From contig JAUCBJ010000652.1 in the NCBI GenBank assembly GCA_032718475.1, positions 1 to 59,447 of the forward strand: a stretch of DNA of 59,447 nucleotides, read 5' to 3'. Under the pieces are notes generated by a model. It was not told the DNA's origin and searched no databases. It was given only the letters and a program-made list of their open reading frames with translations. Shown piece after piece: positions 13,683 through 26,966 of the stretch. How positions within the stretch are numbered: position 1 is the stretch's first letter; every line of letters begins with the position of its first letter. The DNA is from Nemertoderma westbladi. Taxonomy: Eukaryota; Animalia; Xenacoelomorpha. A program made the position numbers and the translations under genes.

Positions 13683-14530
13683 CGTTGATAATTTCGCCTT
13701 TGTCGATATTTTCGGGTTTTATAACTATCCTATATTGGAACAGAACAATCTGTTACACGCCAATTATTTTGTACATTATTCGTTTATAAGATATAATTCG
13801 TTCATTATTATTATTATTTTGTTGGATAATACATTTATTCCAAAATTGTAACATTACTCAACGCCGTTAGTATTAACAGCGAGTTGTTATTTAGCACTTT
13901 ACAACTTTTGAGGACATTACAGCATTGTATTGGCCTGTACATCTAGTATTGTATTAGTGTTGTAATGTCCCGAAGGCGAACTGTAAAGTTACGGCGTCAT
14001 GGTTACCCCATAAACAATAGGCTCCATACTGTAGTACTACGAGTAGGCCTACAGTATATATATATATAAATTATTATTATCATCTTTGTGTCGGTTGCGG
14101 GTTTTGGCCTGACTGCCTGATTTACCGGTACCTGTTACCTTGATACCTGACTTCGTTTATGCATCATTTACTGCGTTACCTTTACCTACTTCAGTAATAC
14201 TGTACCTATCAGACCATTATCATTTTGTTACCATAACTGACATCTCAGCAGTCTCACCCCTACCGCTCGTTGGTGAGGTGGTATTTATTATTAATTGCCT
14301 GACAGCCAGATCTGCCTACTGCATTACCCACCGGTATCTATAAATAACCAGTAGCTATAAACTATTAACATGGCTCCAAACGCCACCATAAATATAAGCT
14401 AACTTTTTTATAACTTAATTTATGTCATCTTTACATTTATTTATACAGCAACTAATATAATTTGTGCAGTTTCTTTTACTTATAATAATATTATATACAA
14501 TCATTTTGTAATGTTACAATTTTGAAATAA

Positions 14531-14681
14531 AACTACATACATACTTGTCGCAAAGTACTTTACAGTGTTCTGATCCTCGTGGCTTTATTTTCACTCACTC
14601 ACTAACGTTCGATCGTGTAACAAAGCCACTCGGATCATCACAATGTAAAGTGCTACCTTACACACAAGTATGTAAATAGTT
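14531..14681. mobile_element. Short palindromic non-autonomous element
   Basis: aactacatacatacttgt..actttacagtg..gatcctcgtggcttt pairs with aaagccactcggatc..cacaatgtaaagt..acaagtatgtaaatagtt. Superfamily not determined. Confidence 0.6.
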
Positions 14682-15221
14682 ATTATAAGGTTTAATTGAT
14701 CGGGCCTCAACCCTAATATTTAAACTGTAAAGTAATTTTAACCGTAAGTCATAATCTAAGAAATTTAGCGTAATTTATTTATATTTATACTGCGACGTGG
14801 GTTTCGTGCAGTTTTAATTTGGGTTGTGGCCGCCAGTACCGCTATACTTCTTAAATATATTCCGGTAAAGTCTCAACCTGAACTCAACTAGGTGAATCTC
14901 AAATAACGAGAAAGTTACATGTGTTCTTTAATTTAACTACCGCTACAGTAACTACAGTACAACACTCAGCCTGGGTCACTACCACAACACTGCCTTGTCA
15001 ATTGAATGCCTTGTCCATCCATTGACAAAATCAAGCAAACTCTGCCGCCCTGTCAATCACATCGCGAGCGTGGCCATTAACAAAAGCCAGTTTTCATCAG
15101 GAATCTCAGTACAAAGGCATGCCGCAGAAGAGAGATGTTAACTGTTACTTCGTAATAATTGCAATGTCATTTCAATATGAGACAGAAAGTCAGGAATTTC
15201 GGTCCGTCGATTTCAAATTCA

Positions 15222-15345
15222 TTTCAATGTGCCATCAAAGTTAATTCAATGTGCCATCAAAGTCAATTCAATGTGCCATCAAAGTCAATTCAATGTGACA
15301 TCAAAGTCAATTCAATGTGCCATCAAAGTCATTTCAAAGTCAATG
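15222..15345. repeat. 22-bp minisatellite (TTCAATGTGCCATCAAAGTCAA), ~5 units
   Basis: Direct periodicity. It explains the spurious ORFs at 15159 and 15317. Confidence 0.85.
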
Positions 15346-16320
15346 CTACTTTCAATGTTACTCTATGTATAGATTTTGGTCAAAGGAATGGTTTTTGAGA
15401 GCGGGACTGTATGTAGGTTTAACTAGCTATCATATATTTTTAAGCATCTCAAAACAATTTTTAGTAAAGCACATTTACTTACCTGTATTTCATTCAATTA
15501 GAAATGTTTTTTTATAATTTAGTAGCTATTTATTTTACTAGCTAATATTTTATGTTAATTGTTTTGTACCGGTAGTTGCCACCCCATAATATCTTATATA
15601 AGTTAGTACCGGCGCTAATAAAATTTCCATAAAAAATACTATAAAATATTAATAAATTATTTGGGTAACGGATCGTAGTAATGCCGATATTTTAAATAAA
15701 TAATTTATCGAGTTCAATTACATTTTGTATAATCAAGATAGCAAGTATTAGATGTAGCAATTATTAGCACAATTAGCTACATGGTATATACATTTTGGAG
15801 ATGGGTTTCGGTGGTCTATAATATTACCGAATTATCTTGCATTTATAATATCACAGATATTCTGACTATTATTCTAAGAGTAGGCCTTATTGTACTAAAA
15901 ATCGTAATAAATTGCCATTTCATGTTGGCACGACCACCCACAACCCCCACAGGCGTATTGCTTAAAAAAAACTATCAAAAGTCCAAAACTTGTATTAAAT
16001 GCTGTAAAAAATTCCGAAAAGTTATATACAGTAACAATGCCTAAAAGTTATATAAAAATTCGTAAAAGTTACCGTATTGTGTTTGGAAATATTCTAGAAT
16101 ACATAATTAGGATGACAATACGACTATCGGATGACTTTGTAATTTCATACCGTCCACTTTTTACGAATTTTTATAAGTTTTATTCAACTTTTGCTAATGA
16201 AAATGGTGCATTAGGGCAAATTGAAATAGGGTCTAAAAGCTTCGCCACCGGGTATATTTGGTTTTGTACTTACCTATTTTAGGAAATGTGAAGTACACAA
16301 TGGGTATGTATGTTTGTTTT

Positions 16321-16663
16321 AAGCACTATTTTCGTTAGCAAAAGTTGTATAAAAAAAAGTTATATATAAAATTTCCAAAAGTTGAATTAAAAGCCATATA
16401 AAAATTCCCAAAAGTTGTATAAAAATTCGCAAAAGTTATATAAAAATTCGCAAAAGTTATATAAAAATTTCGAAAAGCTACATAAAAGTTTAAAGTATAT
16501 TATTATTTATAGAAGTTTACATGTTATCCTATTATTATGTGTTCTAGAATATTTCCTTGACATTCTATTTAACTTAAATTAAGGAATTTTTATATAACTT
16601 TTAGGAATTTTTATATAACATTTGAGAAATTTTATTCAACTTTTGCTAACGAAAATGGTGCTT
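16321..16663. mobile_element. MITE with subterminal AAAAGTTATATAAAAATT repeats; partial sister copy at ~15965-16211
   Basis: TIRs aagcactattttcgttagcaaaagttg / caacttttgctaacgaaaatggtgctt. The right TIR sequence recurs at ~16184-16211. Confidence 0.7.
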
Positions 16664-19600
16664 TATATTTAATGCGTTCAAAACAAGTCTAATCATCCAA
16701 CATAATTTTGCGTCCCAACCATACATAGTCTCGGAATATAATCTTTTTTTATTTCATGGTTGGCCTAAAGGTACAGTAGCTAGTATTTTTTTTAATACTA
16801 CAGTTAGCTGTTTGGTAAGGAATAAATATTTTTAACATTTTATTCTCATTTTAGCATTTTTACACTTCATATTTGCATTTCAATTTAGCTAAATTCATTT
16901 TCAATGCAACCAAAATTTCCAGTTACCATAAAAAATACTATCTGTGTGTGTATGCCTACCTTAAAAATACACTAAGCTACCTATTAAAATATAAAAATAA
17001 TTAATTCAAATTTAAAAATTTGATATAAACTAACACATTGCTGCATTGCTTAATATATATATTTAATATTTAAGAGAATAACAACTATTTTAAAGAAAGC
17101 TATTGGAGCAACCCTGAAATATTTTATTTTTAATAATTAATGTTCTAGAACATTAATTAATTGGGATAAAAAGGAATATCATACTCATTTCTATTAAATT
17201 AAATAAAACGCTAAAATCTTGAAAATAGGTGAGTACCAAACCCCGCGGCCGGCAGTTTTTAAGGGAAATCTGCAGGTTACACAGTGATTGGGTTATTCAA
17301 AAAAAATTGAGGAAATATAATAACGATTTGTAGACGATTGGTCCGTGACAACAGAAAATGGTAATAGTTTTGATTTTTACCACTTCTATAGCTAATTCTG
17401 TCTGATAAACTAAGTCTAGAATAAACAGTTACTCAGAAGATGACCATGTACATTATGAAGCTTATTTTACCATTGGTGACAAACTACTCATCACCTTTGT
17501 TACACTTTTCAGTTATATTTAGAGTTGTACCATGGCCTACTACATATATTGATTTTAAATAAGTTTTAGAACGATCCCATGCGTTTTAAATATAATCCAG
17601 TTTTTTTCTAAAAAATGTTCTAGAACAAAAAATACTTGTTCTAGAACATATATCTTTTAAAAATTATTAATAGCTAACATGTTCTGGAATATTTTCTATA
17701 GAAATAATAATAAGAACTAGCTACTACAAAATATTTATAGAGGGAAGTAGGATGTCGGAACCAGTGTTGAAATTACTAGCTAAACCTACCTAAAACACTA
17801 GCTACCATAAAATGTATTATCTTAGACCTACTGTACTTAACAAGGAGACTTCAATTACGTCCATTGACCAAATTGTAGCAAATGAAAATGGATAGAACTC
17901 CCCCCATATCAAAATATCAAATTGTTATAAAAAAATCTGGCCTCTGTTTGAATGGCCTCAGAATGCAGCATGTTAGGCCGTAAAGTAGGCATGGCGTGAT
18001 AGTAGGCCATGGTTTTATAGTGAGCCTACTCTAGTTGCTTTTATTTAGCTAGTTTCGGGGTAACCATAGAAGTTATTATTTCTTCTTATTTTATTAATGT
18101 AGTATTATCTATCTTTACTTTTACTACACAATCGATATGTTATGTTATGTTATTAATGTCACCAGAACAATATAATAAATTGCACATATTAAACCAAACA
18201 GAAGCACAACTGCAAAGTACGTTAGTCATGGTATAAAAATTGCAGGATTATATAAACTTACTCTGTAGGCTACATAATTAATGGCGCGGTATAAAAACAA
18301 ACTAATAAACTGTAGTCAGGTAGTTTAAAAGTAAAATAAAATAAATTTAGATTCTACATACTAAAAACAGACGAAACTCATGTTTATTCAGGCAATATAG
18401 GCATATTTATTTATTACTAATTTATTACAACAGTAATTATTACAACAGTAGGCCTACTATATTTATTTTATTTAAAACTAAAAAATTTGAGTGAAGTGAA
18501 TGATGTTTGTTAAAATAATTGTATGATATACAACACTGTATGTGGATAGTGGATGGATAGTATATGTAGTTTGTATTATCATCCATCCATCACGCACTCT
18601 ACTGTAGTAGGTTGTTGTAGTTACCGCTATCGCATTGATTGCTATTCATTCCCTTTATCGGTTGTTGGTGGATTATGTGGCTCATTAGCCAGACGTCTTT
18701 GATATCGACCTAAATGATATAAACCCCATATTATTTTAAAAAGTTTATAAACTACTATTCAGTGAAGTCAATCTGATACTTAATGTCCGCCGTGTGGGGT
18801 CCTTTACGGTTTTTTTTTATTTAATATGTAGGCCTACATGTCTTCAATATAGTTTAAAAATGCATTGAAAACGATAAGAAAAGAAAAGAGAATGATAAAA
18901 AGTACATAAAAATAAGAAAAAATTTCGCTAAAAAGACTACCACTCATTTATTTTCCATTTTTATTTTTTTCCGATACCACATTTTTTGGAACTTTGGAAT
19001 TTTTTGTAGTATTTTTCGTGCGACAAAATGTCATTCTGAGATAATCGCATTCAAATTTAAAACCTTCCCGCGCAAAACTACCTGTATGGGGGCTGGTTGT
19101 TTAATCGTGTCTGACATGAAGGAAACACACCACCAAGCTAAAATTATATATATGGGGATTTTTCGGGGTCGCTGATTTAATTTCCGATGTCAGTTTTAAA
19201 ATATTTGGTGGAATGTAGTCTGTCGGTTGTCTGTCTGTCAGTCTTACATTTTGCAGACAGATTGGCAGACAGATATTCCACGATAACTCGAGAACTAGAA
19301 GAGATCTCTCGCAGCCGTTTTCAGATTTGAAAACTCATTAACTTCTGCTCTAGATGTAATACAAAACAAATTTATGACATTTTTAGCTATATATATATAT
19401 GATATAGACGATATATTCAATATCGTAATATCCGAATAATATAGTTTATTACTAATAATTAATAATTATTAGTAATAGTATTTGTTGATAATAATATCAA
19501 CACTATCTACAATAAGTAAGAGAGTAATAAGTAGAGAATAAGTAAGAGTAATTAAACAGGTTATTGTTGCATTATGTTAACTTATCAGCGTTCTGGTGAA

Positions 19601-19806
19601 TTACTTGTAACGCTGCAAGGTACCACTTTGCAGCGTTGCGGCCTATAGGACGGAACACTGCTAAGTAATAATTAAATACTAATCAAAATTAATTAGTTTA
19701 TAATTCTGGCATATTTTTTAATTTAAGTGTAACATTATTTATCAAATGGCCTATTAATTAAAATAACATGGAACAATTGTTATTATTGTAGCTGGCATAT
19801 TTTCTA

Positions 19807-20040
19807 TCATATCTTTTTTTTTAATATAATAAATTCAATAATTAATTTTGCATATTTTACATAATGACTTAAATTTTTTTGAATAGACTTTTTAATTTTA
19901 ATGACTTTTAATGTCGGTTTTTCTTCTACTGTAACTGTTCGACTGCTGATTTCAGAAGTGTTAGATAGCCTACATATTTCAGAATTACTAGATTTATTGA
20001 GTATGGGAAAGAAGTACGTAGATATCACTGGGGGTGTTGA
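19807..20040 (-). other. Candidate exon downstream of SNARE exon C (3' UTR or vestigial coding exon)
   Basis: Acceptor aaattag| at 20041-20042, followed by a phase-0 open frame of 77 codons (STPPVISTYFFP...KKKI*). A matching donor tgg|gtaatt lies at 20774/20773. Confidence 0.35.
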
Positions 20041-20052
20041 CTAATTTTATTT

Positions 20053-20761
20053 ACTGTAACTGACACATGGTACTGTAACTGACACATGGTACTGTAACTG
20101 ACACATGGTACTGTAACTGACATATGGTACTGTAACTGACACATGGTACTGTAACTGACACATGGTACTGTAACTGACACATGGTACTGTAACTGACACA
20201 TGGTACTGTAACTGACACATGGTACTGTAACTGACACATGGTACTGTAACTGACACATGGTACTGTAACTGACACATGGTACTGTAACTGACACATGGTA
20301 CTGTAACTGACACATGGTACTGTAACTGACACATGGTACTGTAACTGACACATGGTACTGTAACTGACACATGGTACTGTAACTGACACATGGTACTGTA
20401 ACTGACACATGGTACTGTAACTGACACATGGTACTGTAACTGACACATGGTACTGTAACTGACACATGGTACTGTAACTGACACATGGTACTGTAACTGA
20501 CACATGGTACTGTAACTGACACATGGTACTGTAACTGACACATGGTACTGTAACTGACACATGGTACTGTAACTGACACATGGTACTGTAACTGACACAT
20601 GGTACTGTAACTGACACATGGTACTGTAACTGACACATGGTACTGTAACTGACACATGGTACTGTAACTACTGTAACTGACACATGGTACTGTAACTGAC
20701 ACATGGTACTGTAACTGACACATGGTACTGTAACTGACACATGGTACTGTAACTGACACAT
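20053..20761. repeat. 19-bp minisatellite (ACTGTAACTGACACATGGT), ~37 near-identical units
   Basis: Direct periodicity. One substitution near 20123 and one partial unit near 20669. Confidence 0.98.
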
Positions 20762-20782
20762 GTACAGAATTACCCATATTTA

Positions 20783-21023
20783 TTATTTCCGCATTTTCTC
20801 TTCCAATCGTTTAGCTGCTTCAAAGAAACCTTGCGCAGAATCCGCTAATTTTTCGGTTTCCTGTTGCACTGACGTGAGTTTGTTAGTTCTTTCAACCGCT
20901 GCATTCCTTAGAGCCCGATACTGGTTAGAAGAACCATCTACGGCGGACTTCCTACCGTGGGATGTTGTACTTGTGGCTGATGAACGTTTATCCGTTGATC
21001 GGTAAGTTGCCTCTGAACTGAAT
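20783..21023 (-). CDS. Exon C: terminal exon encoding an R-SNARE-like coiled coil with no transmembrane anchor
   Basis: Acceptor aattcag|A at 21023. Translates FSSEATYR...SSNQYRALRNAAVERTNKLTSVQQETEKLADSAQGFFEAAKRLEEKMRK*. Ungapped match to the synaptobrevin pattern ER..KL..L...A..L...A..F...A..L. Paralog at 46759-47011. Confidence 0.8.
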
Positions 21024-21207
21024 CTGAATTAATAGTGATAATGAAATACAATCTGTGGCAGTTTTTGAATATAAAAACATGCATACCGATATATTAATCA
21101 GTGTTTATGAACAGAGCTATTACAGTATTATAGTGTTTGCTCTATTCTATTGCGTCGACCCCCACCCCCCATCTGCATCTTCGTAATGGTGAGTTTGGCG
21201 TATTTAC

Positions 21208-21261
21208 CCGGTTGTAAAGTACGTTTCTATCGCTGGGAGAGTAGAATGTCCTCTCTGGAAC
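21208..21261 (-). CDS. Candidate 54-nt symmetric (phase 2-2) cassette exon upstream of exon C
   Basis: tatag|GTTCC...CCGG|gtaaat; open frame FQRGHSTLPAIETYFTT; phase compatible with both neighbours; weak polypyrimidine tract. Confidence 0.3.
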
Positions 21262-21509
21262 CTATACTGTGATTCAGGGAGCTTCCTACGAGGGTGTACT
21301 GTAGTTACGGTTTATCTCATGTTCCTCACTTATTGTTTATGGTCGATATAATGTATCTTCTCTGTTGATATACAGTTGATATATTTCCAAAATTTGAGTA
21401 ATAAAACTCGTAACTATTATTTTATCATCGGACAGACCTTTGACGTAGTAAGAAGTAATTAGTTATCCGTACAAAATAACAGATAATAGTTTACTAATGA
21501 TAGTTAAGT

Positions 21510-22300
21510 AGGGGAGGGTAGGGACTTTTGGCATGTTTTTGTCTAATACGCTCATATCTTCCAATCTGTTTACTCATTTCTTTAATACGAGGATTACGAG
21601 TTCTCATTTTATTCAGAATTTAATGGCCTATCTTTCAATCATAGTTTGTATTGATTGTAAATAGATTTCGAAACGCTAGGATCGATTTTGTCGACGGAGA
21701 GGTCTAACATGCCAATTCTCCCAACACGTGGGGACATTTGGCAGAGATAATAGGGATATTTGGCATCCTAATTTAAACACCATGTTCTATATACATTTAC
21801 AGCCTAATTTGCAATATTTATTGCAGTAACTATCAGCAGACAAGCACCATTTACTTTATTATCTTCTCCAAGTTTAACTTGAAGGTTTATTTATCGCGTA
21901 ATACAAGGAATTCCCCAGGCCGTTGATGGTTCCTTTCCGTTGCTGTTTACCGTAGGCTGGGGGTGGTATGTGGGGAGTGTTCATGTTCAACTGGATTCTT
22001 ATTAAATTCGTAGCATAGAAAAAATAATATAGGATGAGGGGGGGGGGGGGGTGGGGTGTGGGGGGGGGGGGGGTGGGTGGGATGTTCACCTAGATTGTTG
22101 TTACATTCGTAGCCTTGAAAAACTAATTTACTATAGCTACTATGGCTATTGGGGGTGATTAGGGGAACCGGTAGCTCATACTACACTGCAGTGAAATGGC
22201 AGTACAACTGGACACCAATAGGCTACTATGGCAGACTGTAATGATTATATTGAAATGCCAAATATCCCCAACACTCAAATGCCAAATGTCCCAACCTGGG
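21510..22300. mobile_element. Degenerate DNA-transposon-like element with inverted GGGACATTTGGCA subterminal repeats
   Basis: gggac(a/t)tttggca motifs at ~21521, 21731 and 21753, with inverted tgccaaat(a/g)tccc copies at ~22256 and 22280. Boundaries uncertain. Confidence 0.45.
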
Positions 22301-22599
22301 AAACTTTGATAAATATGAAAAATACAGTAGATATACAAGATTATTGTAAAGACATAATCTGTCAACTTTAACATAAATACCAAATAGTTTGACGATCATT
22401 TTCATATATCCAAAAGTATGAGTTCATCCGAGTTGTTCTCATCGGGTAGTTTCTGTACTTAGGAAAGTTTCCGCTCATCTTTCACCTGACTGTGATTGTT
22501 ACAGCTTACTGAATGTGTATTACATATTATCATTGTTATTTATTATTCCATTATGATTCCTTCCTTCACCTTACTTTCAGGTTTCAACAATTAAAATTA

Positions 22600-23420
22600 A
22601 AAACAATTAAAAAAAAGTTTCGCCGAGGCGGACGCTTAAGCAGCTTAGATAAATTCACATATAACGGGAACCCAGTTCGTATAACCAACAGTTACAAATA
22701 TTTAGGTATAACTCAATCAATCCGCTTGTCATTTAACTTGCACGTAGTCAACATTATGTGTAAAGCTCTGACATCAATACTGTATATTCGATAAAATCGC
22801 CAAGAAATCTTTCATTATCAACCGCTATACGTCTTTTTGAGATAAAAATTAAGCCCATAATCACCTACGGTTTGACTACTTACTGGCAACATCTGATCGC
22901 TAGAGACTTTAAAAACATAGACAAAATCGGAGCCACCTTTCTGAAACGCTGCCTGGGACTGCACTAAACGACCCGCAACCGCCTAGTATTTGCTCTATGT
23001 AATCGTCAACCGATTTGTGTCTCATTGCAATCTCAGCTCAGTCTCGAATATTCAGACGCTTTCCGGTTGTACAAAGTTACATTGGACTCAAAATAAGCGG
23101 AAATAAATCCTGAATTCTGGTCTTCCATTGCCTTCACAGACAGGAGCTGGGTCGATTGCTTGCAACGAAAATGCCACATTGTGACTCGCTACATCTGCCA
23201 CGGTTTTTACCATCTTTTATGCCTCACCAAAGGTTTTCATCCCCCATCTTCAAGTTGTCTCTGCAGTCTTTGCGGGAATTTCCTGATTCTGGTTACGTAA
23301 TTTTACTTTTACACCATATGCACTTAAACCTTCTGGAACTCGAGTTTGACAAACATTTGTTTTCTTCACATACAGTACCGGTTCAGTACCGGTACAGTAC
23401 CGGTACAGTACCGGTACATT
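22600..23420 (+). mobile_element. 5'-truncated LINE 3' fragment (post-RT region, RTE-X-like), decayed
   Basis: FRRGGRL..FTYNG..SYKYLGI; later frames give LFEIKIKPIITYG and FLKRCLGL plus a Cys/His-rich end. Followed by a (TACAGTACCGG)n tail. Confidence 0.7.
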
Positions 23421-23603
23421 ACTGGAGTAGCAGAGCTACTTGTACAGTAGGTATCCAAATACAGTACCCAATAAGTTAATGTACTGTACCTACTGTACAA
23501 GTACTCATTACTCAGTATCCCCTCACGTATAATACTCAATATATAAGTATGTGTAAATGAACTCGAACGATGTGCCTTATCTGTTCACTTTCACCCAACT
23601 CAC

Positions 23604-23712
23604 CTCCCTTTAATTTCTTTGTCGTTTTTACTTTTATCATTCATCATAGTTTTTGATTTTCTCTCATTTGCCCTTTCAGCCATTTGTTCGTTTACGTAGT
23701 TGCTGAGATAAA
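23604..23712 (-). CDS. Internal coding exon (109 nt, phase 1-2) upstream of SNARE exon C
   Basis: Strong sites ttattaaattttag| and GAG|gtgagt. Open frame YLSNYVNEQMAERANERKSKTMMNDKSKNDKEIKG. The trailing AG joins in frame to exon C (AG+A = Arg). Confidence 0.7.
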
Positions 23713-24404
23713 CTAAAATTTAATAAAACTACAATTATTATACAACACGCCTGTCCTCCCTTTAATTTTATTCAAATTTAAATCAAATGCTACTATAATA
23801 ATAATGGTATACTGATAGTTTTAAAGTGTTTCTTAGAAAGATTATCGGAAACTTCAAGACGTGAATCAATATAATTACATTGTTTTTTTTGACAATATTC
23901 TAGAATGTTACTATTTAGCTATCCGTGTCTAGAATAAAACAATAAAATTAAATCAATTTGTATCTTAAATCAAAGGCAATTGAATTTCCCTCATGACTCC
24001 CGAATTCACGGTGAGATTGTAAAATGATTTCATATGCGGAATCTTCGGGATCTGCGGAAACTCCTACAACGAAAAGCGAATTCAATAAAGGTGGTGAGAA
24101 AATTGAAAATTTAAAAATATGGCAAGGCAAGCGGTAAGAAACTGTGTAAATTTACCCGTACACAGAAATTTATAGAATTTAATAGAGATAAGAAAAAATA
24201 GAGGGAGGCGTAATTGGAATGTAAAACGAGGTTATATTACATGTGATGCTGTAATAAATAGGGGTCGGTATTACAAACTCAACACCATTATGACACTCAC
24301 AGATTTAGAAAAAATTATAGTGTATAAATACACTTTAATTAATAATATTAACTATTATTCATTTCATTAATAATATTGATAATATATTATATAGCAATAT
24401 TAAC

Positions 24405-24458
24405 CTTTAGAGGGAGGCAGCTGACTTTCTTCCTCAGCGGAATTTCGGAAACAATTTC
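24405..24458 (-). CDS. Candidate 54-nt exon (phase 1-1), xNCFRNSAEEESQLPPSK
   Basis: catatag|GA AAT TGT...AAA G|gttaat. Phase fits the 23712 acceptor, but both splice sites are only moderate. Confidence 0.3.
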
Positions 24459-24739
24459 CTATATGTTATATTTACGAATTCGGCCTGTTTCAAACTTTCT
24501 GGACGGGAACTCCGATTTGGTGTCAATATGAATTGGGTCATCACTTTATTAATTAATAAAAAACAATATACTCAATTCCATTCTGCGATATTCTACCATG
24601 ATTTAGAAGGCAAGTGAAGTTTAAAAACATAAACAGCTTATCAAAGCTGAACTGCTTGAGTTCGAGCTCGAGAATAAGAGGCGCAGTTAGATCTAACTGG
24701 CCATAACTTTTGTTTGGCACAACTTTGCAAAGTCGGCAA

Positions 24740-25136
24740 TGACGTCCAGAGGTGGGATCGAACTGGAGTCCTCTGGGTTGGAATTCTGACGCTCTAACCA
24801 TTCAGCTAGCGGCTCAGGTAAAAGATAGACCTGGAAATACTATCTGATACCTTGTATGTCCGCAATTTACCTCCTCTTGTCATTGTGGCCGTTGATAGTT
24901 CATACCCTACCCTTTCATTGTAGCGAGTGGTTAATGACGGCCAAGTACTGTAGGGTGGAGCACAGTGGCAGCATATGATGGTATTAACAGATGGGAGGCC
25001 ATGAGGAGGTAAAGTGCGGATATACTGTACAAGGTATCAGATAGTATTGCCATTTCGTTTACCTGAGCCGCTAGTAGATTGGTTAGAGCGTCAGACTTCC
25101 AACCCGGAGGTCACAAGTTCGGACGTCACTTTTTTT
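24740..25136. mobile_element. Inverted repeat made of two divergent tRNA-derived heads (SINE/MITE-like)
   Basis: Minus copy gagccgctagctgaatggttagagcgtcagaattccaacccagaggactccagttcgatccc (A and B boxes). Plus copy from ~25065, gagccgctagtagattggttagagcgtcagacttccaacccggaggtcacaagttcg, followed by a T-run. The 5' flanks are also inverted copies. Confidence 0.7.
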
Positions 25137-25814
25137 CAATTTTTTTTTTGCGGGTGGATTGATTTAAATTAATTTATTAAGCTTTACAAAACTTTGCAAC
25201 ATTACTGTTAACTGTGATGAGGAAAGCGGTGAATGGGGAACAACGTACCGTAACTATTCTTTGTTATATTATACCCAATGTAAACCCAAATATATATTAT
25301 ATAAATGTATTTAAATAATATTAATTTTAATTAAATATTAAAATAAATTTATTTTAATATTAATTTTACCTATTTTTCTATTTGTTTACCTATTTGTTTA
25401 CCTATTTTTTTATTATTACTTTTTACCTATATTTTTCAAATCATTTTTACCTATTTTTTATGCAGTCACCGTGCTACCGCTGTACCGTGTAGGCTACAGG
25501 ACAGGCCTACAGTACTGTAGTTTAGATAGATGGCGAACTAGTTCATACCGCACCGCGTCCGCACGCAACCGTAGCCTAATATTCAGTTATTAATCTTGCA
25601 ATCATACTAATATATCCAGTCAAATATCGATAATATCCAACGAACAATATACTATACATACTATATAGTCTGTATAGCGGTTTGCTCTGGGCCGGGCGAG
25701 TACGACAGTCGCGCAATCTAAAGTTTACGGTACGGCCCGCAAGCGCACAACTCCGCTACCGTAACAATAATAAACCATAATTTCGTTGTTGGGGTGATTT
25801 GTGTCTGGTGGTGA

Positions 25815-26110
25815 GTAGTGTCCAGTTCTCACCCCCGTATAAAAGTACACTTTCCACTGTGGCCCGAAAGAACGTAATGTGTTCAGGTGCCTGGAGAGGT
25901 CTGATTTCCAGATGGCATCCATTTTTGATAGAGCTACCCATGCCTTTTCACTTCTATGTCTATTTTGCTAAATCTCTCTACATGACCCAAGGTATTGGAA
26001 GTCGTCAACCTTCCTTTGGTTGATTATTAATTAATCGATTGTTGTCAAGTTTCCATTAACATTAAAAGTCATGAATTCGGTCTTATGGTAGCATTTATAT
26101 GCAATCCAAC
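25815..26110 (-). mobile_element. Short RTE-like LINE fragment
   Basis: VDDFQYLGS (~25983-26010), IWKSDLSR and FFRATVESVLLYGGENWTL across frameshifts. Confidence 0.7.
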
Positions 26111-26966
26111 CTCCTTAGCAGATTCGATTTTACAATTAGGCAATTTTTCATCAAAAATTCACGATCAATTCATTGGTACATTATTTTAACAATTTTAAAC
26201 TGTTGGGGAAAAAGATATAAGTAAAATTGTGCACTGCATTGGATACTACTCTCTTAATACAATAAATAATACAGAAGCATTAAGGATTTATCGCAATTAC
26301 GAAATTTCTGCTAAATTTAGTTGTTTTATTATTTTAATCAATCAGTTTAAAGTTAGGTACTGTAGTAAACAGAAAACAGAAAACGGGACTGCTGGTGTGT
26401 TATAAGTGCACCTTAGGGTACCCTTGGTAAACACCCCTCAAATATATTATTATACTGTAGCTAGCTTTTGCTATTTTTTTTGGAGATGTTCAAGAACATG
26501 TTAAATTATTCTTCTATTTAATCAAGGACAACTATGTAGAACACGCAATTATTCGGAATTACTATGTTCTATAAACTCCTGTATTTGTATTTAATACAAT
26601 AGACATAATTCTGGAACTATCTCACAAGTAGCTGGGCAGCAATGCAACCTCATTAATATTACTATTTAACTTAAGAGTGAAGATCCCCGAATTCGCGAAG
26701 TGCTTCCGTCTGCTATCCACCAGCTATCCATAATAAGAGCAGCTGCGATATCTCATGATCTTAATGACCTTTCCGTGCAGCTGTATTGGAGCCTGTCTGT
26801 GTTGCTCTATGGCAGCTCAAGCTGTACTCTAACTGCTAAAATTGTTAAAATAACTTGTAATCGTTTATTTGACGAGTGACTGGTGACTCTGCCTACTGCC
26901 TACGGTATAAGCCTAGATACTTGTATACTTTTAATAGATCGCGCACATAGAATGTACTGTACAATA

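Noticed and set aside
20025-20777. Three long Cys-rich ORFs (VSVTVPCVSYSTMCQLQYH repeats)
   Set aside because: Artefact of a stop-free 19-bp repeat read in all three frames; the array lies in a probable intron.
22038-22081. G-runs (also 490-514) and the resulting poly-Pro ORF 21874-22089
   Set aside because: Simple homopolymer tracts inside repeats; G-quadruplex potential only, with no evidence of function.
24740-24815. Functional tRNA gene
   Set aside because: The acceptor and anticodon stems do not pair properly; it is part of an inverted repeat and is treated as tRNA-derived.
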